64,000 nucleotides of DNA, taken from an uncultured Oscillospiraceae bacterium (GTDB lineage: Bacteria > Bacillota > Clostridia > Oscillospirales > Ruminococcaceae). Below are positions 9,701 to 19,128 of the stretch, one piece after another. Numbering within the stretch: position 1 is the stretch's first letter; each line of letters begins with the position of its first letter. Under the pieces are notes generated by a model. It ran no database searches. It saw only the letters and a program-made list of their open reading frames with translations, and was not told the origin of the DNA. The stretch lies in the NCBI GenBank assembly GCA_964391915.1, contig CAYMNV010000002.1, positions 52,531 through 116,530 on the forward strand, read 5' to 3'. Position numbers and translations under genes: made by a program.

Positions 9701-9937
9701 AAGTAACATCCTTTTCTATATGTTTTCTCCACTCCACTGCAGATCCGCCTCCATCCGAAAGACGAAAAAGCATAGATAAATTATAACTTACGCCCAAAAA
9801 AAAGTAAAGGCAATTATCGACAGCGAAAATAATAAACAAAAAGCAAAAAAGGGAAAATATCCACGCTTTTTCTTTCTCCCCTTTAAAACTCAGGAAAAAT
9901 TTTATATAATAAACTGGATTCAAAAGGAAGGGGAGTT

Positions 9938-11407
9938 TTGCCGTACATGAGCGTCAGCAAAAAGATGATCGCCTCGGCGGGAGGAGCGCTTCTCGTGACC
10001 GCCGTTTTGATCGGGAGCCAGATCCACAACCATAAACCCGGCCCCGCGGTCACCTGCACGGAACCTCAGGTCTGCACGGTCTGCGGAGAGGTGCTTGAGG
10101 AGGCGACAGGCCATACGCCCGGTCCCGCGGCCACCTGCACGGAGCCTCAGGTCTGCACGGTCTGCGGAGCGGTTCTTGAGGAGGCGACAGGCCATACGCC
10201 GGGTCCCGCGGCCACCTGCACGGAACCTCAGGTCTGCACGGTCTGCGGGGCTGTGATCGAGGCGGCGACAGGCCATACGCCGGGTCCCGCGGCCACCTGC
10301 ACGGAGCCTCAGGCCTGCACGGTCTGCGGGGAGGTTCTCGAAGAGGCGAAGGGCCATACGTTCATGACGGAGGGAGACACCCGCGTCTGCACGGTCTGCG
10401 GCTATTCCGAAAAAGTCACCGCCGCGCAGGCTGCAGCGGGTACTGCCGCCCAGACCGCTGCAAACACCGTCACCGAGCCGCAGACCACGGAGATCTGCGA
10501 CGAGACGACGAGCGGCGTCCATTACCACAACACGATCAACGCCTATTATTCCGGCAACGTGCTGGTTTGCGGCGACTATGCGCTCGAGTATTTCAGCTCC
10601 AATTCCTCAGGCAGCAGCTCCTATGCCTCCATCCTGACGGATTTTGCGGCGAAATACCCATCCGTTCAGGTCATCAGCCTGCTGGTGCCGAAGAGCTGCG
10701 CCTTCAACGGGCCCGCCGGCTATGGGGATACCTACGACAGCCAATCCTCGTTCATTTCCAATACCTACTCCATGATGTCCGGTGTTACCACGGTCGACGC
10801 GGCGGGCCTGATGGCCCAGCACAGCGGCGAGTATCTCTATTACCGCACCGACCATCACTGGACCAGCCTCGGCGCCTATTACGCCTCCGCAGCCATGTGT
10901 GATGCCATCGGGATGACGCCACGGGATATTTCCAGCTACACGACCGTCGTCAACACCGGCTTCATCGGTACCCTTTACGGCTATACGACCGAGCCGCATC
11001 CGGCCTGCCTGCTTGCCAATCCGGACTACACGGTCGGCCACTACCCAAGAACTTCTTATACCATGACCTATTACAGCGGCGGCGTCAGTTACTCCGGCAG
11101 CGCGATCAATGGCAGCGCGAAGAGCTACGCCTCCATGTTTATCTGCGGCGACCAGCCCCTGACCGTCATCCAGACGGAAAACCACAACGGCCGGAGGCTG
11201 CTGATCTTCAAGGAATCCTACGGCAACGCCTTTGTGCCTTATATGATCGATTATTTTGAGGAGATCGTCGTCGTCGACATCCGCAAATCCTGCAAGAGCA
11301 CAAGCAAGATCATCAGCGAATACGGCATCACCGACGCGCTTGTCATCAACAACGTGCAGGCCGCCGTCAGCCTGCAGAGCAGCCTGCAGGGCAAGCTGAC
11401 TTCATAA
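9938..11407 (+). CDS. Membrane-anchored DHHW-family protein with N-terminal Cys-rich tandem repeats
   Basis: N-terminal TM (ASAGGALLVTAVLIG), then 4-5 copies of a 27-aa CX6CX2C..H unit, then a C-terminal domain with the family signature YYRTDHHWTSLGAYYA. The start could be TTG 9938 or ATG 9947. Confidence 0.8.
   Translation: MPYMSVSKKMIASAGGALLVTAVLIGSQIHNHKPGPAVTCTEPQVCTVCGEVLEEATGHTPGPAATCTEPQVCTVCGAVLEEATGHTPGPAATCTEPQVCTVCGAVIEAATGHTPGPAATCTEPQACTVCGEVLEEAKGHTFMTEGDTRVCTVCGYSEKVTAAQAAAGTAAQTAANTVTEPQTTEICDETTSGVHYHNTINAYYSGNVLVCGDYALEYFSSNSSGSSSYASILTDFAAKYPSVQVISLLVPKSCAFNGPAGYGDTYDSQSSFISNTYSMMSGVTTVDAAGLMAQHSGEYLYYRTDHHWTSLGAYYASAAMCDAIGMTPRDISSYTTVVNTGFIGTLYGYTTEPHPACLLANPDYTVGHYPRTSYTMTYYSGGVSYSGSAINGSAKSYASMFICGDQPLTVIQTENHNGRRLLIFKESYGNAFVPYMIDYFEEIVVVDIRKSCKSTSKIISEYGITDALVINNVQAAVSLQSSLQGKLTS
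10037..10401 (+). repeat. In-frame 81-bp tandem repeat array (4 full copies plus partial flanks)
   Basis: Units start at 10051, 10132, 10213 and 10294 (CACCTGCACGGA[A/G]CCTCAGG[T/C]CTGCACGGTCTGCGG...). Only a few substitutions per copy. Each encodes TCTEPQVCTVCG.VLEEATGHTPGPAA. Confidence 0.9.
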
Positions 11408-11417
11408 AAACAGCGTG

Positions 11418-11475
11418 ACGCCCGCCTTTGGAAACTCCGGTCAAAACGGATTCCCAAAGGCGGGCGTTTTTTTTG
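11418..11475 (+). terminator. Intrinsic terminator
   Basis: 14-bp arms ACGCCCGCCTTTGG / CCAAAGGCGGGCGT followed by T8. Confidence 0.85.
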
Positions 11476-11485
11476 AGCACCGTGC

Positions 11486-11947
11486 TCAAAGATAGGAGCG
11501 AATATCCCTCGACAGGCGGTCCTCAACCTCGGCCAGACGCCGGGCAACGCTTTTTGCCTGCTCGTCCGCGTTCTGATACTCATTCAGATAGCGGTTCAGG
11601 GATTTGACGCCCGTGTTGCAGCCGTCGATCATCAGGTCGGCCACGGTGTCGTCGCCGGCATCCACCGCCAGCTTGACGTTCGTTTTAAACCAGCTCATCC
11701 CTTCGGCGATCGGGCTCGGCTCCTTACCGTCGGCATTGTGCTGTTCCAACAGGCTCCGGGCTTCGCTGCCGAGCTTCCTGTGGTTTTCCTTGCAGTTGGA
11801 GAGCATTGTCTTCAGCCCGAGGCTTTTTACCGACGGCAGCACCTCGTCGATGGAGGTAACCCCCATTTTCACGCCTGCGTCGCATTCTTTCAGCAAATTG
11901 ACGGTATCTTCGTTTTCTACCATTTTGTTTTTCACTTTCCCTTCCAT
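11486..11947 (-). CDS. Hypothetical helical-bundle protein (possibly ferritin-like/DUF2383-like)
   Basis: 153-aa ORF with clean coding character, divergent from the PerR-like operon. The family guess rests only on overall helical pattern and context. Confidence 0.5.
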   Translation of the reverse strand: MEGKVKNKMVENEDTVNLLKECDAGVKMGVTSIDEVLPSVKSLGLKTMLSNCKENHRKLGSEARSLLEQHNADGKEPSPIAEGMSWFKTNVKLAVDAGDDTVADLMIDGCNTGVKSLNRYLNEYQNADEQAKSVARRLAEVEDRLSRDIRSYL

Positions 11948-12007
11948 ACCGGAATACCCTTAGTATCTGCGGAAGCAGAAAAAATATGAAAAAACGGCAT
12001 GCGGAGG

Positions 12008-12054
12008 TTGACTTTTCGCAGAATGCTGATATAATCAAATAAGAACAATTCTTA
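12008..12054 (+). promoter_or_regulatory. Sigma-A-type promoter with overlapping palindromic operator candidate
   Basis: TTGACT (12008-13), 16-nt spacer, TGaTATAAT (TATAAT at 12030-35). Immediately downstream is a 15-bp palindrome TAAGAAcaaTTCTTA (12040-54), followed by AGGAGG and ATG 12075. Confidence 0.6.
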
Positions 12055-12074
12055 GTTAAGGAGGCGCCGGAAAT

Positions 12075-12485
12075 ATGAAGAATACCCTACAGAAGGATAT
12101 TGTTCTTCAGGCTCTCCGCGCGCTGGATCATCCGACCGCAGAGGAAGCCTACGCGTGGATCCATAAGACGTTTCCCGGCATCAGCAAGGCGACGGTCTAC
12201 CGGATTCTCGGCCGGCTTGCGGCGGAGGAGGAGATCACCGATATCAAGGTGGCCTCCGGCCCCGCCCATTACGACTGGAATGCCATGAAGCATTACCATA
12301 TCCTCTGCGTCCGGTGCGGAAAAGTGCGGGATGTCATGATGCCGGAGCTTCGCGGCGTCGAAGAAAGAGTCAGTGACGCCGCCGGATTCCGAATCCTCGG
12401 TTATGAGCTTGTGTTCACGGGGATCTGCGCGGAATGCGGCGGAGCTGAAATAAAGCAATCAGGAAAGGAGAAGGATCATGGATAA
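12075..12485 (+). CDS. Fur-family metalloregulator (PerR-like by context)
   Basis: Winged-helix N-terminus (ATVYRILGRL) and two CxxC pairs (CVRCG, CAECG). First gene of an operon with a rubredoxin-fusion reductase and rubrerythrin. Confidence 0.8.
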   Translation: MKNTLQKDIVLQALRALDHPTAEEAYAWIHKTFPGISKATVYRILGRLAAEEEITDIKVASGPAHYDWNAMKHYHILCVRCGKVRDVMMPELRGVEERVSDAAGFRILGYELVFTGICAECGGAEIKQSGKEKDHG

Positions 12486-13092
12486 TAAGGCGTTATTCAA
12501 AATCAGCTACGGCCTTTTCGTTCTGAGCGCCAGAGAAGGCGAAAAGGACAACGGCTGTATCATCAACACCTTTTCCCAGGTGACGAGCAATCCGCTCCGC
12601 GGCAGCATTGCCATCAACAAACTGAATCTGACGTGCGAAATGATTCAAAAGACCGGAAAATTCAGTGTCTCCGTTCTGGATACCACCGCGCCGTTCGACC
12701 TGTTCAAACGATTCGGTTTCCAGAGCGGCAAGGATGCCGATAAATTTGAGGGACTTCCGGGCACGGCGCGCGGGGAAAACGGCATCCTCCACCTGACGGA
12801 GCACGTCAACGCCGTCTTCTCCGGGACGGTCGTACAGGAGATCGATCTCGGCACCCACGTCATGTTTATCGTGGATATCGACGACGCGGAGGTATTGGGA
12901 GACGGAGATTCCGTCACCTACACCTATTATCAGGAAAATATCAAGCCCAAATTCAAGCCGACCAAGGCCATCAAAGGCTGGCGCTGCGTGATCTGCGGAT
13001 ATATTTATGAAGGGGAGAACCTCCCCGCGGATTTTATTTGCCCGATCTGCAAGCACGGCGCCGTTGACTTTGTTCCGATTATGGAAGAATAA
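12478..13092 (+). CDS. Flavin reductase-like domain fused to rubredoxin (Hrb-type high-molecular-weight rubredoxin)
   Basis: N-terminal flavin-reductase-like fold (FKISYGLFVLSA...). C-terminal rubredoxin has two CxxC knuckles (WRCVICGYIYEG...FICPICKHG). Overlaps the upstream gene by 8 nt. Confidence 0.8.
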   Translation: MDNKALFKISYGLFVLSAREGEKDNGCIINTFSQVTSNPLRGSIAINKLNLTCEMIQKTGKFSVSVLDTTAPFDLFKRFGFQSGKDADKFEGLPGTARGENGILHLTEHVNAVFSGTVVQEIDLGTHVMFIVDIDDAEVLGDGDSVTYTYYQENIKPKFKPTKAIKGWRCVICGYIYEGENLPADFICPICKHGAVDFVPIMEE

Positions 13093-13122
13093 ACCCACCA
13101 TCATAAAAAAGGAGAGGATCGT

Positions 13123-13662
13123 ATGGAACTCAAAGGCAGCAAAACCGAAAAAAACCTGATGACCGCTTTTGCGGGAGAATCCGAAGCCAGAAATAAATAC
13201 ACCTATTTCAGCGGCAAGGCGAGAAAAGAAGGCTTCAACCAGATCGCGGACATTTTTGAGGAAACCGCCGGCAACGAGAAAGAACATGCCAAACTCTGGT
13301 ATAAATACCTGGTGGGCGGAGAGATCAAATCCACGGCCGAGAACCTTGCCACCGCCGCCGGCGGCGAGCATTATGAGTGGACCGAGATGTATGCGACTTT
13401 TGCAAAGGAAGCCAGAGAAGAGGGCTTCGATGAAATCGCCGCTAAATTCGAGGGCGTTGCCGCGATCGAAAAGACCCACGAGGAACGTTATCTCAAGCTT
13501 CTGGAGAACGTCAAGGCCGGCGAAGTCTTCAAAAAAGGCTCCATCGTGATCTGGAAGTGCACCAACTGCGGCCACATCCACATCGGCGAGAACGCGCCGG
13601 AGATCTGCCCGGTCTGCAATCATCCGCAGTCCTATTTCCAGCTCCGCGCCGAAAATTACTGA
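13123..13662 (+). CDS. rbr: Rubrerythrin
   Basis: Ferritin-like diiron domain ([38 protein letters not shown]) plus C-terminal rubredoxin-like CTNCG...CPVCNHP. Confidence 0.9.
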   Translation: MELKGSKTEKNLMTAFAGESEARNKYTYFSGKARKEGFNQIADIFEETAGNEKEHAKLWYKYLVGGEIKSTAENLATAAGGEHYEWTEMYATFAKEAREEGFDEIAAKFEGVAAIEKTHEERYLKLLENVKAGEVFKKGSIVIWKCTNCGHIHIGENAPEICPVCNHPQSYFQLRAENY

Positions 13663-13672
13663 TCAAAAAAGC

Positions 13673-13708
13673 ACGGCGGGCGGTCCCATATGGGCCGCCT
13701 GTCTTTTT
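13673..13708 (+). terminator. Intrinsic terminator of the rbr operon
   Basis: GC-rich hairpin ACGGCGGGCGGTCCCA/TGGGCCGCCTGT (imperfect) followed by CTTTTT. Confidence 0.6.
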
Positions 13709-13941
13709 ATGCGCGCCGGCGGGAATGCCCGGAGATTCGCCCGTTCTTCCCAAGAAAAAGCGGCTTCGGCGGCTTGTTGCTTTCAGCGCATGGAAAAACC
13801 CGTTCCCGGCCGTTTGGCGCTGAAAAACCGGAAAACGTTCTTTCGGCCGGGCAGGGCAGAATCCTTCGTGCCGCCGAATAAAAAAGAAGCCGCCGGGAAT
13901 CCGGACGGCTTCTTCTTTTATTTTTCTTTTGAAAAAACGAA

Positions 13942-16317
13942 TCACCAGGTCACGTCGGTATCAAGCACACGGCCGCGGTTGGTGAGGGCATCCAGCATGA
14001 TGCGCTGCTCGACCTGGGCGACCATCTTGCGGGTAAATTTGACGCGGTCCGGGTTGACGGAGATGCTGTCGATGCCGGAGCGCACGAGGAATTCGGCAAA
14101 TTCCGGATAGACGCTCGGCGCCTGCCCGCAGATGGAGACGGTCTTGCCGTCCTTGTGGGCGGCCTCGATCAGATGCTTGACGGCGCGCTTGACGGCGAGG
14201 TTGCGCTCATCGAAGATGTGGGAAACCGTGTCGTTGTCGCGGTCGCAGCCGAGCACCAGCATCGTCAGGTCGTTGGAACCGATGGAATAGCCGTCGACGA
14301 ACTGATTGAACTGATCGGCGAGAATGATGTTGGCCGGGATCTCCGCCATCAGCCAGACCTTGAAGTCCGGCCCGCGGCGCAGGCCCTCCTCCGCCATAAT
14401 GGTGACGACCTTTTCGCATTCCGCGACGCTTCTGCAGAACGGAATCATCACATGCAGGTTTTTGAGGCCGTATTCCTCTCTGACCTTGCGCACCGCCTGA
14501 CACTCGAGGCGGAAGCCCTCGATGTATTTCGGGTCGTAGTAGCGGGAGGCGCCTCTCCAGCCGAGCAGGGCGGAGGGCTCGTTGGGCTCAAATTCCTCGC
14601 CGCCCTTGAGGTCGCGGTACTCGCTCGATTTAAAATCGGAGAAGCGCAGCGTAACCGGGCGGGGAGCCATCGCCTGGCAGACCTGGCGGAAGCCCTCGGC
14701 CAGCTGGTCGACGACCTTCTCCGGGTGGCCGGATTTGATCAGATAGAGCGGATGCTCGTGGATATAGGTGGTCCAGATGAATTCTTCGCGCATCAGGCCG
14801 ATGCCGTCGCAGGGGAGTGGGGCGTACTTTTCGGCCAGGTCCGGGTCGCCGAGGTTCATATAGATCTTGGTGCCGGTGACCGGGAAGGTCTCCGCGGCGA
14901 CGACGGCGGCCGGGGCGGCTTCGGGTTTCTTTTCCTCCACGATGCCCCTATATACGACGCCGTTGTTCGCATCGACGGTGATCTCCATGCCGTCGGTGAT
15001 GACTTCGGTGCAGGCGTTGCCGCGGCTCTTGGTGCCGACGATGCAGGGGATGCCGAGCTCCCGGCTGACGATGGAGGCGTGGCAGGTCATGCCGCCGGAG
15101 TTGGTGACGATGGCCTTGGCCTTCTTCATGGCGGGCACCCAGTCCGGCGCGGTCATCTCGGTGACGAGGATCTCGCCGTCGTGGAACTGGTCGATATGCT
15201 CCGGGCTCAGGATTACGTGCGCCTTCCCGGAGATGAGGCCCGGGCTGGCCGGAAGTCCTTTTGCAATGACTTCGCGGGCGGCACCCTCGGCATTCTTCTT
15301 GTTTTTACGGCTCCAGACAGTCTCGGGGCGCGCCTGAAGCAGCCATGTCTTGCCGGTGCGTTCGTCGATGCCCCACTCCATATCCATGTAGCAGCCATAA
15401 TGGTTTTCCAGCCGCTTCGCATATTCGGCGAGTTCAAGGATCTGCTGATCGGTCAGTTTCTGACGGCTCGCCGCCTCCGGGTCTACGGCGCGTTCCTCGC
15501 AGTCGCCGCCAACCTTGCAGGCGTACATGACGTTCTGGACGTGGACGTCCTTGGAGACGATCTGCATCGTCGCCTTGTCAATGATGTAGTCGTCCGGGGT
15601 AACAATGCCCTGCACGACGTATTCGCCGAGGCCGTAGGCGCCCTCGATGATGATCTTGGTGTCGTCGCCGTTCGAGATGTTCACGGAGAACATGACGCCG
15701 GAGGCCTTGGAGAAAACCATCATCTGGATGGCGGCGGAGAGGGCGAGATTCATGTGATCGTAACCCTGTTTTTCGCGGTAGAACGTGGCGCGGTCCGTGA
15801 AGCAGGAGGCATAGCACTCCTTGACCTTTCTGACGACCTCGTCGCCGCCGACCACGTTGAGATAAGTATCCTGCTGGCCCGCGAAGGAGGCGTCCGGCAG
15901 ATCCTCCGCGGTCGCGCTGGAGCGGACGGCCACCAGCGGCAGATCGTCGCCGATCAGCTCGGGGCAGTCGCGGCGGATGCGCGCGGCCAGCTCGATATAG
16001 GCGTCCTTAATGGCTTTTTCCAGGTCGGCCGGCATCTGCTTCTCGACAAATTTGGTGCGGATGGCGGAGCAGACTTCATGGAGTTTTTCGGAATTATCAA
16101 CGTCAAGGCCCTTGAGCATCGCATACATTTCGTCCTTCAGGCCAGTGGATTCCAGAAAATACCGGTAGGCATAGGCGGTCGTGGCGAAGCCGTACGGGAC
16201 GGGGACGTCCGTTTTGGAAGTCATTTCGCCAAGGGAAGAGGATTTACCTCCCACGATAGAAACATCGTTTCTTTCCAACTCGTCAAACCAGAGCAGGAAT
16301 TGATTTTCTTTTTCCAT
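13942..16317 (-). CDS. ppsA: Phosphoenolpyruvate synthase (pyruvate, water dikinase)
   Basis: Track ORF 13942..16383. Start placed at ATG 16317 (GAGGTGA upstream; MEKENQFLLWFDEL). Phosphohistidine block GGMTCHASIVSRELGIPCIVG. About 791 aa, which fits PpsA rather than PPDK. Confidence 0.9.
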   Translation of the reverse strand: MEKENQFLLWFDELERNDVSIVGGKSSSLGEMTSKTDVPVPYGFATTAYAYRYFLESTGLKDEMYAMLKGLDVDNSEKLHEVCSAIRTKFVEKQMPADLEKAIKDAYIELAARIRRDCPELIGDDLPLVAVRSSATAEDLPDASFAGQQDTYLNVVGGDEVVRKVKECYASCFTDRATFYREKQGYDHMNLALSAAIQMMVFSKASGVMFSVNISNGDDTKIIIEGAYGLGEYVVQGIVTPDDYIIDKATMQIVSKDVHVQNVMYACKVGGDCEERAVDPEAASRQKLTDQQILELAEYAKRLENHYGCYMDMEWGIDERTGKTWLLQARPETVWSRKNKKNAEGAAREVIAKGLPASPGLISGKAHVILSPEHIDQFHDGEILVTEMTAPDWVPAMKKAKAIVTNSGGMTCHASIVSRELGIPCIVGTKSRGNACTEVITDGMEITVDANNGVVYRGIVEEKKPEAAPAAVVAAETFPVTGTKIYMNLGDPDLAEKYAPLPCDGIGLMREEFIWTTYIHEHPLYLIKSGHPEKVVDQLAEGFRQVCQAMAPRPVTLRFSDFKSSEYRDLKGGEEFEPNEPSALLGWRGASRYYDPKYIEGFRLECQAVRKVREEYGLKNLHVMIPFCRSVAECEKVVTIMAEEGLRRGPDFKVWLMAEIPANIILADQFNQFVDGYSIGSNDLTMLVLGCDRDNDTVSHIFDERNLAVKRAVKHLIEAAHKDGKTVSICGQAPSVYPEFAEFLVRSGIDSISVNPDRVKFTRKMVAQVEQRIMLDALTNRGRVLDTDVTW

Positions 16318-16567
16318 CTTTTCACCTCGTTTACTGAATGTTACTGAACAAGTATAACCTTTTTCCGCAATACGTGCAAGCAAATGTATAGGAAGTTATT
16401 GGATTGTTGAAAGAAACAGTGAAAGATTGATAAAAACGGTTGCTTTTGTCCTGCGGACATCGGGATTGCGGAGAAAAAACGCAACGGCTTTTCTTCATGA
16501 AACACCCCCCGTCGGAGATCAAATTTTTATTCCGGACCCATTGGGAACAAATCGCTTTTTTATGGAG

Positions 16568-17737
16568 TTATCTTATTTTCCGGGCTTCGAGATAATACCG
16601 CTTTTCGTACGGATGCCCCATCGCGAAGCTCTTGCGGACAAAGCGGCCGTTCTTCCGTACCACGTCGAAGAGGCCTTCTTTGTCGAAAGTTTCATAAGTG
16701 AAGGCAAGACTGCGCGTTTTTTTGCCAAGCTCCCGGCAGGTGCGGGCGTCGTGCACATATTCGAGCTGCGCCTCGGGGTGGGATTCGAGCCACCGGTCGA
16801 GGATCGGCTGGAGCGTCTGCAGATCCGGCAGATCCGAAAGGTCGAGCCCCATCTCCGCGAGCGCCTCGCCGGGGTCGACGTTCGTCAGCAGCCGGTTCAT
16901 GCCCTCGTAGGGCATCGCCGGGTCGTAGAGGTTGATGATCTCGGCCAGTGCGTAGCGGGCGGGGTGGGTTTCCCGCTCGGCAGGGGAGAGCGTGGGTTTC
17001 AGTTCCTCCCAGTAGCTCTTCGCCGCGGCGAAGGAGTGGTTGCCGTCGCCCATGGCAAAGAGGAAGCCGTCGCCGCTTCGCTCGCGGAGAATCTCCAGGG
17101 CGTCGGCCACTTTGCCGAGCAGTTCCGGGGAATCGACGCGGTAGCCGGTGATGTGGCCGCCGCCCTCCATCAGATCGAAGTCGTAGAGGAGCGGCAGATT
17201 CCCGTTTTCCGCATCCAGCATGCGCATCAGCAGGTCCTCGCGGTCGTCGATGAGCACGAGCACGTGCGGAAGTTCGAGGGGCGACTGCCTCCGGATCTCC
17301 ACGCGGGGCGGCACCCGGCTGAGGACGGTCTCCTCGGTCGCCCGGATCAGAAGTTTGGAATCCGGGTTAAAATCGTACTGCTCCATGTCGAAGGCGACCA
17401 CTAAGCCCCTTCGCTCGCCGTCCGGCGTTTTCCTCCGGCAGAAGACCATCGTCTCGCCCTTATTCTCCAGCGTGCCGTCCGAGAGGTAGCGCTCCATCGC
17501 CCGGGCGCGTTTCGCGTAATCCCGGTCGCCGCTCAGCAGAAACGCCTCCGGCAAAATCATATTGAGCGCCGAAGGCGCATCTCCGACAAAATCCTTCACG
17601 CGGTCCCAGTATTCCGGCTGGGCCGCGTACTGGTCGCAGGCGAGCACGGCGTATTTCCGGTAGTCCACGGCACCGCCGGGCAGCCAGATCTCCGGCACTT
17701 TGATGCCGAGGGCTGCAAATCGTTCCTCCAAATTCAT
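16568..17737 (-). CDS. DUF1015-family protein
   Basis: Track ORF 16568..17749. ATG 17737 follows GGAGGA at 5 nt. MGDGNHSFAAAKSYWEE resembles the (A/I)DG(H/N)H(R/S) signature I associate with DUF1015. Last gene of the serC-serA operon. Confidence 0.55.
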   Translation of the reverse strand: MNLEERFAALGIKVPEIWLPGGAVDYRKYAVLACDQYAAQPEYWDRVKDFVGDAPSALNMILPEAFLLSGDRDYAKRARAMERYLSDGTLENKGETMVFCRRKTPDGERRGLVVAFDMEQYDFNPDSKLLIRATEETVLSRVPPRVEIRRQSPLELPHVLVLIDDREDLLMRMLDAENGNLPLLYDFDLMEGGGHITGYRVDSPELLGKVADALEILRERSGDGFLFAMGDGNHSFAAAKSYWEELKPTLSPAERETHPARYALAEIINLYDPAMPYEGMNRLLTNVDPGEALAEMGLDLSDLPDLQTLQPILDRWLESHPEAQLEYVHDARTCRELGKKTRSLAFTYETFDKEGLFDVVRKNGRFVRKSFAMGHPYEKRYYLEARKIR

Positions 17738-17809
17738 GTTTTCCTCCATTATCCTTGAAAAACGAACGGCGGCCCGTTTCCGAGCCGCTGAACTGATAGA
17801 ATCCGACCC

Positions 17810-18973
17810 TCAGAGTACCCGGACCCGTCTGATGTTCTCAAGAGCTGCAAGCTCATTGGACAGGGACTCCGGGAAATCCGTATTGAAATCCAGGATCGTA
17901 TATGCGATTGCCCCGAGGGACTTGTTGACCAGGTTTTCGATGTTGAGCCCGGCCGCGGCAACTTTTTCGGTAATCATGCCGAGCATGCCGGGAATGTTGC
18001 TGTGAATCAGGGTGACGCGGGCCCCGGCCGCTCTTGGGAAGCTGACCGCGGGCAGGTTCACGGCGTTCGTGATGTTGCCGTTTTCCAGATAGTCGATGAT
18101 TTCCTTTGCGCCCATGACCGCGCAGTTTTCGTCGGCTTCCGGCGTTCCGGCGCCGAGGTGCGGCGTGCAGAAGACGGTTTCAATCCCAAGCTGCGCCTTG
18201 GTGGGGAAGTCGGTCGCAAAGGCCTTCACCTTCCCGCTGAGAAGCGCCGCATTGAGCGCCTCCTCGTTGATAATCGGGCCGCGGGCATAGTTGATCAAGT
18301 AGACGCCGGGCTTCATCATGTCGATTTCGGCGGCGCCGATATAGTCGCGGGTCTCGTCGTTGAGCGGGACATGCACGGTGATATAGTCGCAGGTCTTGTA
18401 AATCTCCGTGACGTCGTCGGTGAAATTGAGATAGGCGCGCAGATCCTTCTTGCGCATCGGCAGCAGGTAGGGGTCGTAACCGATCACGTCCATGCCGAGA
18501 TCGGAGCAAGCCTTCGCCATACGGGAGCCGATCGAGCCCACGCCGATGATGCCGATGCGTTTGCCCATGATCTCCGGTCCGCGAAAAACTTCCTTGCCCT
18601 TTTCCACCGCTTTTCCGGGCTCGCTTTCGCTGTCCTTCAGGGTTTTTACCCAGGAGGAGGCCGCTTCCACGTTGCGGGTGATCGAGACCATCGCCGCAAT
18701 GGCGAGTTCCTTCACGGCGTTGGCGTTGCCGCCGGGCGTGTTGAAGACCACAATGCCGTTTTCGGTGCAGCGGTCGACCGGGATCGTGTTGACGCCCGCG
18801 CCGACGCGGACAATCGCCTTCAGCTTGTCGCCGAAGACGAGGTCGTGCAGGGGAGCGGAGTGGACCATGATCGCATCCGGGTTGTCGAGCACGTCGGTGA
18901 TGACGTATTTGTTTTTATCATAGAGATCAAGGCCGACCTGGCCGATTTTGTTGTAGGTGTTGATAATATACAT
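17810..18973 (-). CDS. serA: D-3-phosphoglycerate dehydrogenase
   Basis: Track ORF 17810..19096. Start placed at ATG 18973 (AAGGAGATTC upstream; MYIINTYNK). 2-hydroxyacid dehydrogenase fold with GIIGVGSIGSRMA NAD site and a C-terminal ACT-like tail. Confidence 0.85.
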   Translation of the reverse strand: MYIINTYNKIGQVGLDLYDKNKYVITDVLDNPDAIMVHSAPLHDLVFGDKLKAIVRVGAGVNTIPVDRCTENGIVVFNTPGGNANAVKELAIAAMVSITRNVEAASSWVKTLKDSESEPGKAVEKGKEVFRGPEIMGKRIGIIGVGSIGSRMAKACSDLGMDVIGYDPYLLPMRKKDLRAYLNFTDDVTEIYKTCDYITVHVPLNDETRDYIGAAEIDMMKPGVYLINYARGPIINEEALNAALLSGKVKAFATDFPTKAQLGIETVFCTPHLGAGTPEADENCAVMGAKEIIDYLENGNITNAVNLPAVSFPRAAGARVTLIHSNIPGMLGMITEKVAAAGLNIENLVNKSLGAIAYTILDFNTDFPESLSNELAALENIRRVRVL

Positions 18974-19128
18974 GAAAAAGAATCTCCTTATCACAATAAA
19001 ATAATGGGGTCCGTCCCCTGCGGGATGCGGCGGCTTCCCGGCCGGGAAGAAAAGAAACGTTCTCCGGTCGGAAAAAAGCGGGCGCCTGCCCGGCAAAAGG
19101 GTGTGCGGACGGGGAGAGGCAGAGGAGA

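Noticed and set aside
9710-9937. Cobalamin riboswitch or NrdR boxes in the nrdJ upstream region.
   Set aside because: No B12-box (GCCACTG-like) and no convincing pair of 16-bp NrdR palindromes. The region is simply AT-rich promoter DNA shared with the divergent DHHW gene.
10037-10401. CRISPR-like regular repeats.
   Set aside because: The 81-bp units are contiguous with no spacers, in frame, and inside a well-supported CDS. They are coding tandem repeats.
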